Source: a virus
Virus record (IMG/VR): IMGVR_UViG_3300032323_001868
Span: 25,762 to 89,761 of that record
Length of the DNA stretch: 64,000 nucleotides
Reading direction: 5' to 3' (one strand)
The notes below the pieces were generated by a model. The model was not told where the DNA came from and searched no databases. It saw only the letters and a program-made list of their open reading frames with translations. Each line of letters starts with the position of its first letter. Positions within the stretch are counted from its first letter, which is position 1. Shown here piece by piece: positions 8,433-16,613 of the stretch. A program made the position numbers and the translations under genes.

Positions 8433-8689
8433 ATCTTAGCATGGGGGTCTGACAAATTGACTCAGACATTACGGAATAAAACGGACATTTAGTACAAAAC
8501 TTTTTATGTGATTAGCGCCACATTTCGGGGGATTCAATAACATTTCCATAACAATCTTAACACTATCGGCGTGTCGATTTGACAACGTGCTGGCACGTCC
8601 AGTGTGATGTAGAACACATGTGATGCATACCACAAAGTCCAGAATGTCCGATTTGTACCCCTCAAAATGTCGGTGGTATATGTTAGGAT
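8433..8689. promoter_or_regulatory. divergent early control region
   Basis: Minus-strand promoter 8433-8455 and plus-strand promoter 8667-8689; CRP-like boxes at 8507-8522, 8603-8618 and 8619-8634; CGGACATT motifs in both orientations. Confidence 0.7.
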
Positions 8690-8721
8690 AGTTACTATCA
8701 AGATAAAGAAAGGTGGTCTCC

Positions 8722-8898
8722 ATGACTACATTAACACATACACATACACCTAACATGGGTGCAATATCCGAATACAACGAAACTAAGTACACTTTCTGTA
8801 CAGATTGTGAGCAAAATATAGAATCGTTCTATATTGAATCAGACGGAGACCGCTTAGGTATGTGGTCTGATTGGAGATTGTCAAACATATGTTGGTAG
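8722..8898 (+). CDS. small CxxC protein
   Basis: GAAAGGTGG RBS; FCTDCEQNIE. Confidence 0.65.
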   Translation: MTTLTHTHTPNMGAISEYNETKYTFCTDCEQNIESFYIESDGDRLGMWSDWRLSNICW

Positions 8899-9092
8899 AT
8901 ATTTTTCTCTGCGATGGTTGCGATACACTTGCTAAGGTAAGTGTTATAGCATCAACTATTTACATAGAGCCATGCCTATGTCAAACGAAATAGAAAGGCG
9001 CAGGGCTCACCTTGCAAGCGGGGGAACAATAGCAAACTATGACCGCTCTCACTATCCACAATGGCACAAAGATAAATTAGAAAAGGAATCAA

Positions 9093-9266
9093 ATGAAAGT
9101 AACACTCACATCAATGTCAGGCAACACACACAACATTAACCTCATGTCTAAGCAGGAGGTATATGACTTTATTGACCTTTATAAATCTACACTTTTAAAA
9201 AATCAAAGAGTAAAAATTACATGCGATATTTTAGGAATTGACGGGTATCTACAAGGTACATCGTAG
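9093..9266 (+). CDS. 57-aa hypothetical protein, not in ORF track
   Basis: MKVTLTSMSGNTHNINL...VKITCDILGIDGYLQGTS; AAAGGA RBS; paralogue of 6968..7150. Confidence 0.75.
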   Translation: MKVTLTSMSGNTHNINLMSKQEVYDFIDLYKSTLLKNQRVKITCDILGIDGYLQGTS

Positions 9267-9407
9267 ACCGATCCCGTGTGTGCTCACTAATCTTAAGTGA
9301 TATTTTTTACTGTATTGCGTATCATACATCTGAGAAAAATATTCAGATTTTTGGGAAATGAAAAATTTTTCAGATTTTCGGGTATACAAAGGTGCTATAA
9401 TCTATAT

Positions 9408-9488
9408 ATGACAGAAGATACAACTGGTAAAAACTGCTGTGCTGAATGCACATGCGAGAACCCACATCAATCAAAACCACAAGACTAA
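9408..9488 (+). CDS. 26-aa Cys-rich micropeptide
   Basis: MTEDTTGKNCCAECTCENPHQSKPQD directly after a TGCTATAAT extended -10. Confidence 0.5.
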   Translation: MTEDTTGKNCCAECTCENPHQSKPQD

Positions 9489-9594
9489 CCCCTTATGGCA
9501 ATACTAGACAATTTTGAGAACTCTTGGGACATAGAGTACCCAAACCTCATTTCAAAAACATTTTCAGATTTGGTATGCTCAGACTGCCAACAAA

Positions 9595-9798
9595 CTACTG
9601 ATAAACCTTACATATCCGACAAGCCACAAAGCCATGCTCACATTTTGGCAGGGGACGAATAATCTTATACTGATCCAGATAGAACCTAATTAAATCTGGA
9701 TGAACACCTGCTATCTCAGATATCCACTTAACACTACGACCCATAACGATATACTGGTTTTTCAACCATTCTTCACTTTGCCAGTCTCTCATTACCAT
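9595..9798 (-). CDS. HTH-like DNA-binding protein with a C-terminal CxH..CxxC
   Basis: WL..QY....RSVKWISEIAGV....IRFYL helix-turn-helix pattern. Confidence 0.55.
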   Translation of the reverse strand: MVMRDWQSEEWLKNQYIVMGRSVKWISEIAGVHPDLIRFYLDQYKIIRPLPKCEHGFVACRICKVYQ

Positions 9799-9992
9799 TT
9801 ACCTATCGGACATTTAGCATGAAGCAACTCGGTTTTAAGTTTCATAAAGCAATGACATTTTTTGCAGCGGGATCCATTCTTCTTAAAGAACTCACATCCA
9901 GAACATATTTTTAAGCGGGAGTTAACAACCTCTTCACTGGCTCTTGGAGAAGAAGGCTTTAACCAATCTCCAAATGTAACATCTTCTGGCAC
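9792..9992 (-). CDS. Cys-rich small protein (DUF6171-like)
   Basis: RL.ICxxC...RCKKCxCFM..K......CP.GKW. Confidence 0.75.
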   Translation of the reverse strand: MPEDVTFGDWLKPSSPRASEEVVNSRLKICSGCEFFKKNGSRCKKCHCFMKLKTELLHAKCPIGKW

Positions 9993-10245
9993 ATTATCTC
10001 CAAACCATCATCATAATAACAAATAAAAAAACAATAAACTGACTATATGAAAACATTCCCAATATACCGCTATCCACATAACCTATTATAGCCCATACGA
10101 AGGTTTGAAGCCACTTGTAGACATAGTTGGGAGTATCTCCCATAGATTGTCTAGAGGATGGTTTGTATAACCTCTATTTTCGGCTTGACTCGTATCCCGC
10201 CGAAATTAAAGACTATTTATCTTAGAACTCTGGTATACTTCTTGT

Positions 10246-10527
10246 ATGACCCAACACCTACTTACCACTCTTAGCAACACTGAGGCTACACGCCTAACTC
10301 CAAACGGAACTCATACTGGTTTGGACATTACTATTCAAAATGTACATGAATCAGCATATGTTTATATTGGTGGAATTGGAGTGACTTCCAATAATTATGG
10401 ATACCGCCTTGCTCCAGGTGCTGCGTGGTCTATTGAACTTTCAGGTAAAGATTCTTTATATGCAATTACTGACACTAATACTTCCAAAGTGGCAGTTCTT
10501 TCTACAAACCTAGAATCAGGAAATTAA
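10246..10527 (+). CDS. small beta-sandwich virion accessory protein
   Basis: ITIQN....VYIGG..VT...GY.L.PG motif; leaderless TGGTATACT promoter. Confidence 0.7.
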   Translation: MTQHLLTTLSNTEATRLTPNGTHTGLDITIQNVHESAYVYIGGIGVTSNNYGYRLAPGAAWSIELSGKDSLYAITDTNTSKVAVLSTNLESGN

Positions 10528-10529
10528 TT

Positions 10530-11867
10530 ATGGCACGGTTTACCCAAGCAGGTGGATCAGGTTCGGGAGAACCAGGACCACAGGGCCCAGCAGGAGAAAA
10601 CGGCACTAATGGCTCAAATGGAGCAGATGGTGCAGATGCTCTATGGAATTATGTTGGGGAATACAACGGTGGTGCATCATATGCTGTAGGAGATGTTGCA
10701 ACTTATGATGGACAACTTTGGTACCGTGCTAATGCAAACGGTGGAAATGTTGGAGATACACCTTCAGAAGGATTTATCTGGAATTTACTTGCAGCAAAGG
10801 GTATTAACGGTGCTGATGGAGCAGATGGCAATGATGGTGCTCCTGGTGCAGATGGTGCACAGGGAGATACTGGTAGTCCAGGACTTGTTTATTTAGGCAG
10901 TTATGTTTCTGGTAATGGATACATTGCAAACATTGCTGTTGTAAAAGGAAGCGATAACAATCTTTACATAGCAACATCAAGTGGTGGATTAGGAGATCCA
11001 GTTGGAAATAGTGCAGAGTGGAGCATATTCCTTCCAAAGGGTGTTGATGGAGAAGATGCAACTCTTCCACAGGATTTAGGAACAACAGACAGCCCAACAT
11101 TTAGCAAGATTACACTTACAAGTAACGGGGCAATAGATAACATTACAATTGGTGATGATGTACTTATTGGTGATGGAAATATTGCAAACCACTTAGTAAT
11201 TGTTGGAAATCAAGATTCAACACAAGGTGGAATTGTTCTTGGTGACAATAAAACTGAACAAGTTTCATCATATGGATCAAATCTTTCTTTATATGCAAAC
11301 AATGACATTATTCTTAATCCAGCAAGCACATATGCATATATTGGTACACCAACTATCGGTGGAGAAACAAGGATTGCTACTTGGGATTATGTGACAACAT
11401 CTGTTGGAACAGGTAGCAATGGAGAAGTTACAAGATGGACTCCAAACTTTACAGCAACTGGTTTAACATTTACTGGATCAGGTGCTACACATCCAACATA
11501 CAATTCACACTATGTTAAGAATGGTCGTATGGTATCTTTTTTTATTGAAATTGATATGGCTACCGTTACAAATTTTGGTACTGGACAATATAAGACAGCG
11601 CTTCCATTTGCACCACTTTCTGGAACAATGAATCATTTTCAGTCATGGTGTCTTGTTGATGAAACTGCTAATCCAGATAATACAGGACATGCTATTTTGC
11701 AAGCAGATCATTTAGCAAATACATCAGTTCTTGATTTGCACTACATAAAGCAATCTGGTGGAGCAAATTCTCCAGTAATGGAAGCATTGTTTAAGCAGGG
11801 TAGCCCAGTAACATTAACTACTGCAACCCATGTTTATATCAACGGTACTTACATAACTGCTGAGTAG
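10530..11867 (+). CDS. collagen-like fibre protein with a carbohydrate-binding-like module
   Basis: G-X-Y runs, YAVGDVATYDGQLW module, C-terminal fibre head (YVKNGRMV..FI..LPF). Confidence 0.8.
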   Translation: MARFTQAGGSGSGEPGPQGPAGENGTNGSNGADGADALWNYVGEYNGGASYAVGDVATYDGQLWYRANANGGNVGDTPSEGFIWNLLAAKGINGADGADGNDGAPGADGAQGDTGSPGLVYLGSYVSGNGYIANIAVVKGSDNNLYIATSSGGLGDPVGNSAEWSIFLPKGVDGEDATLPQDLGTTDSPTFSKITLTSNGAIDNITIGDDVLIGDGNIANHLVIVGNQDSTQGGIVLGDNKTEQVSSYGSNLSLYANNDIILNPASTYAYIGTPTIGGETRIATWDYVTTSVGTGSNGEVTRWTPNFTATGLTFTGSGATHPTYNSHYVKNGRMVSFFIEIDMATVTNFGTGQYKTALPFAPLSGTMNHFQSWCLVDETANPDNTGHAILQADHLANTSVLDLHYIKQSGGANSPVMEALFKQGSPVTLTTATHVYINGTYITAE

Positions 11868-11903
11868 TAGTAAATAGTGATATAGTTATATTTGGGGGTA
11901 GAT

Positions 11904-12407
11904 ATGTCATATCAGGTATTTGATAACTTTTTGTTACCTAACGAATTTAACCAAGTTAAGAACACTGTATGCGATCCAAGATTTCCTTGGGGATATAGTA
12001 GTTCTATTACGACTGAAGTAAGCACTGGACCATATGACTTTCAGTTTGTTCACATGTTTTATCAAAATCATAGAGTTATGTCAGAACACTTTGAATCTAT
12101 ATACCCTTTAATAAACAAAATAAATCCAGCAGCAATCGCAAGAGTTAAGGCAAATTTAGTTACTAGGAATCCAGTAAGTAACGAGTTTGGATATCACACA
12201 GATTTTGAAGATGCACATTTATTGAAGTCAGCGGTATATTATTTAGATACAACCGATGGCGTTACCAGGTTTAAGGACGGCACAGAGGTAGAATGCATAG
12301 AGAATAGACTATTAGTATTTAACAATAATATGCCACATACTTCTACTAGTTGTACGGATCAAAAGGTTAGAAGAGTCATAAATCTCAACTATTATGAACT
12401 AATTTAA
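11904..12407 (+). CDS. 2OG-Fe(II) oxygenase
   Basis: HTD...AVYYL...G.T.F...NRLLVF...HTS...RRVINLNY. Confidence 0.85.
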   Translation: MSYQVFDNFLLPNEFNQVKNTVCDPRFPWGYSSSITTEVSTGPYDFQFVHMFYQNHRVMSEHFESIYPLINKINPAAIARVKANLVTRNPVSNEFGYHTDFEDAHLLKSAVYYLDTTDGVTRFKDGTEVECIENRLLVFNNNMPHTSTSCTDQKVRRVINLNYYELI

Positions 12408-12433
12408 TCTTAAATAATGATATAATAAACCTT

Positions 12434-12649
12434 ATGACTCCACAAGACTGGGCTGCATTCATTCTTACTGTACTCTCAATAGGCGGAGTTATATTCGGTG
12501 TTATTAATTTTCTAATCAAGCACTATCTAAGCGAACTTAAGCCAAATTCAGGATCATCACTAAAAGATTCAGTCAACAGATTAGAGGATAAGACTGACAA
12601 GATGTTCGATCTATTAATTGAACATATTACAGATCATAATAAAAAGTAA
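12434..12649 (+). CDS. small membrane protein (holin-like or lysis-associated)
   Basis: One N-terminal TM helix plus the ELKPNSGSSLKD..RLE motif seen in actinophage membrane proteins. Confidence 0.6.
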   Translation: MTPQDWAAFILTVLSIGGVIFGVINFLIKHYLSELKPNSGSSLKDSVNRLEDKTDKMFDLLIEHITDHNKK

Positions 12650-12859
12650 TCTCTATATATAATATATATAAGTATATAACTTTTACAGTATATTCTTTTC
12701 TTTATATATTTTAAGTATACACTACTCAATACCCTGGTTAATTGTACATAACATTACAAAACGGACATTTAGTATTGTAACGATTAGATAACAATTTAAT
12801 AAACTCCTGGTTTTATACGTAAATGAATAACTATACAAATAATAAGATATAATCTAAGA

Positions 12860-12911
12860 GTTAGTCCCTAGGTTTGCTACCCCACCCCACCCACTGCTCC
12901 TAGGGGCTAAC
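12860..12911 (+). ncRNA. candidate small RNA hairpin with a C-rich loop
   Basis: 13-bp stem GTTAGTCCCTAGG/CCTAGGGGCTAAC, loop containing CCCCACCCCACCCAC, TATAAT at 12848-12853, T-rich tail. Confidence 0.45.
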
Positions 12912-12938
12912 CTTATTTATTATGGTATAATCAATGAT

Positions 12939-13334
12939 ATGTGCTCTCCTACAATAGAAAAATTTGGAGCCACTCCAGCAAATATACAGTGGACGGTGGT
13001 TCGTGGAGACTCTGCCTCATTTACCGTATCCCTTCTTGAGAACGACGAAGTTACAGAGTTTGACACTGAAGGATGGACATTCTCTGCAACAGCGTATGAT
13101 CCAGTATTTAACTTTTTAGATGACCTTCCAGTTACAGTTGATGGAAGTGTCATAACAGTCACTGCCCCATCTGAGACAACAACAAATTGGGGTGCTGAAT
13201 ATAAGTCTGTAGTTGCTGAATTATCATTTGATCTACAGGCAATTGTCCCAGACGGATCTTCTACAATTACTTGGACTCCAGTCATAGGAACTATATGTGT
13301 TCTTGGAGATGTTACTCCTGGAGGCAGTTTGTGA
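12939..13334 (+). CDS. virion adaptor-like beta protein (BppU-N-like)
   Basis: WTVVRGDSASF...FDLQ...W....G.I.V..DVT; paralogue of 23001..23405. Confidence 0.65.
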   Translation: MCSPTIEKFGATPANIQWTVVRGDSASFTVSLLENDEVTEFDTEGWTFSATAYDPVFNFLDDLPVTVDGSVITVTAPSETTTNWGAEYKSVVAELSFDLQAIVPDGSSTITWTPVIGTICVLGDVTPGGSL

Positions 13335-13414
13335 TAATTAAAATTAATGACAAAAACACTAAACTCCCACCAGTTATAAAAATAAATGGGACTATATTTA
13401 AAGTAAAGAAGTAA
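13331..13414 (+). CDS. 27-aa coupled micro-ORF (MIIKINDKNTKLPPVIKINGTIFKVKK)
   Basis: GTGA overlap with the upstream stop; fills the gap to the next gene. Confidence 0.5.
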   Translation: MIIKINDKNTKLPPVIKINGTIFKVKK

Positions 13415-13418
13415 GTCT

Positions 13419-14147
13419 ATGGCTATATCAAAGAGCATGGACTCTCCAGTTAGAAAATCTAATTATGCAGAGCAGGTTGCTCAGTCACAAGGACAAGATC
13501 CTACTTTATCTTTCCTACCAGTTCCTGGACCACAAGGACCTGCAGGCCCACAAGGTGAAAAAGGTCAACAAGGACCTCAAGGGCCTATTGGTGAAAAAGG
13601 TGAAAAGGGTGATCCAGGAAAAGATGGTAAAAATGGAAAAGATGGCAAGGACGGAAAAAGCGTTTTATCACCTTCTGAGCAACAAATAGGTTGGGCATAT
13701 TATGAAAATACATCCAAGTCTCAAAAACGGGTAGGAATAGATCAAGGTGATGATGGCTGGGTTAGGCTTTTAATTGATAGGGTAGGATATAAAAAAAATG
13801 AGCAGTACCTGCCAAATGGAGGTGTTTCTCTTTGGAATTCAACCACAGGCAAGATTAATTTTAAAACCTTAAATATTGGTTCAATCATAACAATACGTTA
13901 TAATATTTTATTGACTACCTACTCAAACAATACAGAGGTGTGGTTTAGAACATATGTTGAAGACTCTGATCAAATACCAACCACATATGTAGGCAATCTA
14001 AAATACCAGTATGATTATGAATTTACTGTTTCTCAGAATATATTTTTAAATGACTTTGCCATTCAAAATTTTGGTGGTATACCACAGATAAGAACTGATA
14101 ATGCTGGGGAAGCCCTGCTAAAATCTATATATATATCTGTATCGTAA
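13419..14147 (+). CDS. collagen-like virion protein
   Basis: About 15 G-X-Y triplets (GPQGPAGPQGEK...) followed by a beta-rich C-domain. Confidence 0.85.
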   Translation: MAISKSMDSPVRKSNYAEQVAQSQGQDPTLSFLPVPGPQGPAGPQGEKGQQGPQGPIGEKGEKGDPGKDGKNGKDGKDGKSVLSPSEQQIGWAYYENTSKSQKRVGIDQGDDGWVRLLIDRVGYKKNEQYLPNGGVSLWNSTTGKINFKTLNIGSIITIRYNILLTTYSNNTEVWFRTYVEDSDQIPTTYVGNLKYQYDYEFTVSQNIFLNDFAIQNFGGIPQIRTDNAGEALLKSIYISVS

Positions 14148-14185
14148 AATAGATAAACTTTAAATAAGTATGCTATAATTCAATT

Positions 14186-14695
14186 ATGCAAAATATCGGT
14201 ATAACAGACTCCCAGGATGGCCGTAAGCCAGACGCCCCAATCATCGGTACAGCAACAGGTGGAAATGCACAAGCATCAGTTGCTTTTACTGCCCCATCAA
14301 CAACAGGTAAAGGTACTGGAAGTCTTACATATACCGCAACATCTAATCCAGGATCTATAACAGGCACAGCATCTTCGTCACCAATTACAGTAACTGGTTT
14401 GGCAAATGGAACAGCATATACTTTTACAGTTACACTAAGTAACGGAACACTTACATCAGATCCATCTTCTGCTTCTAACTCTGTTACTCCAGTTGCTCCA
14501 CCATTCTTCCCACCATTCTTCCCAGGATTTGGTCCATTCTTCCCACCGTTCTTCCCACCATTCTTCCCGTTCTTCCCACCGTTCTTCCCATACTTCCCAC
14601 CGTTCTTCCCGTTCTTCCCGTTCTTCCCACCGTTCTTCCCGTTCTTCCCACCATCATTTGGACCATGGTTCCCATTCAACGCAACTAGACGATAA
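14186..14695 (+). CDS. FN3-domain protein with a C-terminal Pro/Phe (PPFF/PFF) repeat tail
   Basis: PDAP..GTAT.GN..ASV.F.AP...YT.TS.PG...TVTGL.NGT.YTFTV...S..SNSVTP, then about 60 aa almost only P and F; own TGCTATAAT promoter. Confidence 0.85.
   Translation: MQNIGITDSQDGRKPDAPIIGTATGGNAQASVAFTAPSTTGKGTGSLTYTATSNPGSITGTASSSPITVTGLANGTAYTFTVTLSNGTLTSDPSSASNSVTPVAPPFFPPFFPGFGPFFPPFFPPFFPFFPPFFPYFPPFFPFFPFFPPFFPFFPPSFGPWFPFNATRR
14498..14677 (+). repeat. in-frame tandem repeat of 12-bp (CCACCRTTCTTC-like) and 9-bp (CCRTTCTTC) units
   Basis: Read directly from the sequence; encodes PPFF/PFF. Confidence 0.95.
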
Positions 14696-14719
14696 TAGTT
14701 TAAATGTAGGGGGTTTGTA

Positions 14720-15292
14720 TTGAATCATATCAATGTGGTTAAAAACTTTATTGAGCCTGAGCATATAAATAAGTTAACATCTTTTATAGACAACAATATA
14801 GAAAAATTTGTGGTATATCAAGATAATAAAAGATATGTATGGAGATTTGGTCATGATAATTTTTGGGAAGACTGCAAAAAAGACTTAACACCACTTTCTG
14901 AAATTATAGAAATACTTGAAACTAAAATTTTTAACAATATGTTAAAAAAAATAAAAGAGTTCTATAATGAAGATCTAGTTATTTCTAGTTTTTGGATATC
15001 AAAGCATGAGCCAGGATCCAGAGTCGCTATGCATGAAGATACAGATGAGGGTGAAAATACTCATTTTTCTCATAGTGCCGTTCTATACTTAACATCCCTT
15101 CAAGATGACGGAGTTATAGAATTTCCTTTTGTTAATTTTACTTATACCCCAGTTGCTGGTGAGTTATTGCTTTTCCCATCAAAAGCCATAGACTTTGATT
15201 ATCAATTTATGCATGAGGTAAAAGAAATAAATAGCCCAAGGTACAGTATTGCTCTTTGGGCAGCACCAAAAGAATATTCTTTATATGAGTGA
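14720..15292 (+). CDS. prolyl-4-hydroxylase-like 2OG-Fe(II) oxygenase 1
   Basis: HED...SAVLYL...G.IEFP...P.AG.LL.FPS...HEV...RYS. Confidence 0.9.
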   Translation: MNHINVVKNFIEPEHINKLTSFIDNNIEKFVVYQDNKRYVWRFGHDNFWEDCKKDLTPLSEIIEILETKIFNNMLKKIKEFYNEDLVISSFWISKHEPGSRVAMHEDTDEGENTHFSHSAVLYLTSLQDDGVIEFPFVNFTYTPVAGELLLFPSKAIDFDYQFMHEVKEINSPRYSIALWAAPKEYSLYE

Positions 15293-15336
15293 TAAAGATT
15301 TAATGTGCTGTGATATAATTAAAAAAGGGGTGTTTT

Positions 15337-15906
15337 TTGAAACATATTAATGTAATTGAAAACTTTATTGATGATGATACCAATAAACTAATGGTTGACT
15401 TCATTAATAATAATCAAGAACTATTTTCGTCAGATCAAGAGGACAGAAGATTTGCCTTAAGGTTTGGCAAAGATTTTTATTGGCAAGACTCAAATGAAGA
15501 TATGTCATTGTTAAAGGATTTGTCTAATATCTTTAAAGACAAGATTTTTCCTAAAGTTAATAATGTAATCTTTGAACTATACAATGAAAAAAATCTAAAA
15601 GTATCTAACGTGTGGCTTTCTAAGCATCTTCCTGGTTCAATAGTGCCAATGCACCTAGACCATGATGGATGGAGAAATTCACAGTTTAGATATAGTGCAA
15701 TACTTTATTTAAGCACATTAGACAATGATGGAATATTGCAGTTTCCATTTTTAGAGCATAGTTACACACCAGTATCTAATAGTTTAATTATTTTTCCTTC
15801 ACACGGAATTGATTTTGATGATCAGTTTGCACATCGTGTAGATAGCATTAATTCTGTAAGATATAGCGTTCCTATGTGGATTTCCGACATAGAATATAGT
15901 TTATGA
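15337..15906 (+). CDS. prolyl-4-hydroxylase-like 2OG-Fe(II) oxygenase 2 (tandem paralogue of 1)
   Basis: HLD...SAILYL...HRV...RYS; N-terminus and FPS..IDFD.QF.H segment closely match gene 1. Confidence 0.9.
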   Translation: MKHINVIENFIDDDTNKLMVDFINNNQELFSSDQEDRRFALRFGKDFYWQDSNEDMSLLKDLSNIFKDKIFPKVNNVIFELYNEKNLKVSNVWLSKHLPGSIVPMHLDHDGWRNSQFRYSAILYLSTLDNDGILQFPFLEHSYTPVSNSLIIFPSHGIDFDDQFAHRVDSINSVRYSVPMWISDIEYSL

Positions 15907-15929
15907 TATAATTTAAGAAAGGGGTAATT

Positions 15930-16613
15930 ATGAATACGTTAGAGCACAAAGGTATAACAGTAAAAGATCTTGGGAGTGGCATTCTTGTTTATAGTAATGT
16001 TTTGCCAAGAGATTTAAACATTCCAGAAAGACTAGAAAATGTCCTGGGTGGAAATGAAAATATTGTTGACGGCAATCCAGTCAGATATGCCTGGCAACCA
16101 GCATATGTAGGGTACCAAGAGTTGATGCCAGACTACAGAGATTGCGTAGATTTTAAGTATAAGAAGAGTGATCTTTATGATGATGGAACAGAAGAGTATA
16201 AGCAACTTGCCAATATCTGGGATGATTGCTATACAACGCAAAAAGAAGTAGTAGATCATTATTGTGCTAAATTTAATATTCACAACCTAAGATATTGGGA
16301 AGCATTTAATTTTATTAAATATGAAAAGGGAGATCACTTCCAATACCATCACGACCATGGGTTTTCATATAACTGTACAGTTTCTTTAGTTGCATACCTT
16401 AATGACAACTATGAGGGTGGAGGTCTTCACTTCCAGCATCAAGATATTTTGTATAGACCAGTTGCTGGAGATGTTGTAATCTTTCCTTCAACATATATGT
16501 ATTCACATAGAGCAATGCCAGTTGAAAATGGAACAAAGTATTCTTTGGTTACTATGCTTGATTATAGTGATAAATATCATAAGCCAGAATTTTATCAAGA
16601 AACTGGATCATGA
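15930..16613 (+). CDS. prolyl-4-hydroxylase-like 2OG-Fe(II) oxygenase 3
   Basis: HHD...YLNDNYEGGGL.F...FPS..YSH..PV..GTKYS. Confidence 0.9.
   Translation: MNTLEHKGITVKDLGSGILVYSNVLPRDLNIPERLENVLGGNENIVDGNPVRYAWQPAYVGYQELMPDYRDCVDFKYKKSDLYDDGTEEYKQLANIWDDCYTTQKEVVDHYCAKFNIHNLRYWEAFNFIKYEKGDHFQYHHDHGFSYNCTVSLVAYLNDNYEGGGLHFQHQDILYRPVAGDVVIFPSTYMYSHRAMPVENGTKYSLVTMLDYSDKYHKPEFYQETGS

Noticed and set aside
8469-8792. 107-aa minus-strand ORF across the divergent control region
   Set aside because: Overlaps dense regulatory motifs and a better supported plus-strand gene
9495-9662. 55-aa plus-strand ORF MAILDNFENSWD...
   Set aside because: Plausible but overlaps the minus-strand HTH gene and lacks a clear RBS, so it was left uncalled
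14498-14677. Possible CRISPR array or DGR-type repeat
   Set aside because: Units are contiguous 9/12-mers without spacers, and no cas or reverse transcriptase gene is present in the window
14173-14723. Alternative-frame ORFs with GGKN, VGRT and SSH/SSR repeats
   Set aside because: Shadows of the PPFF repeat; only the plus-strand 14186 frame has a promoter and a recognisable FN3 domain
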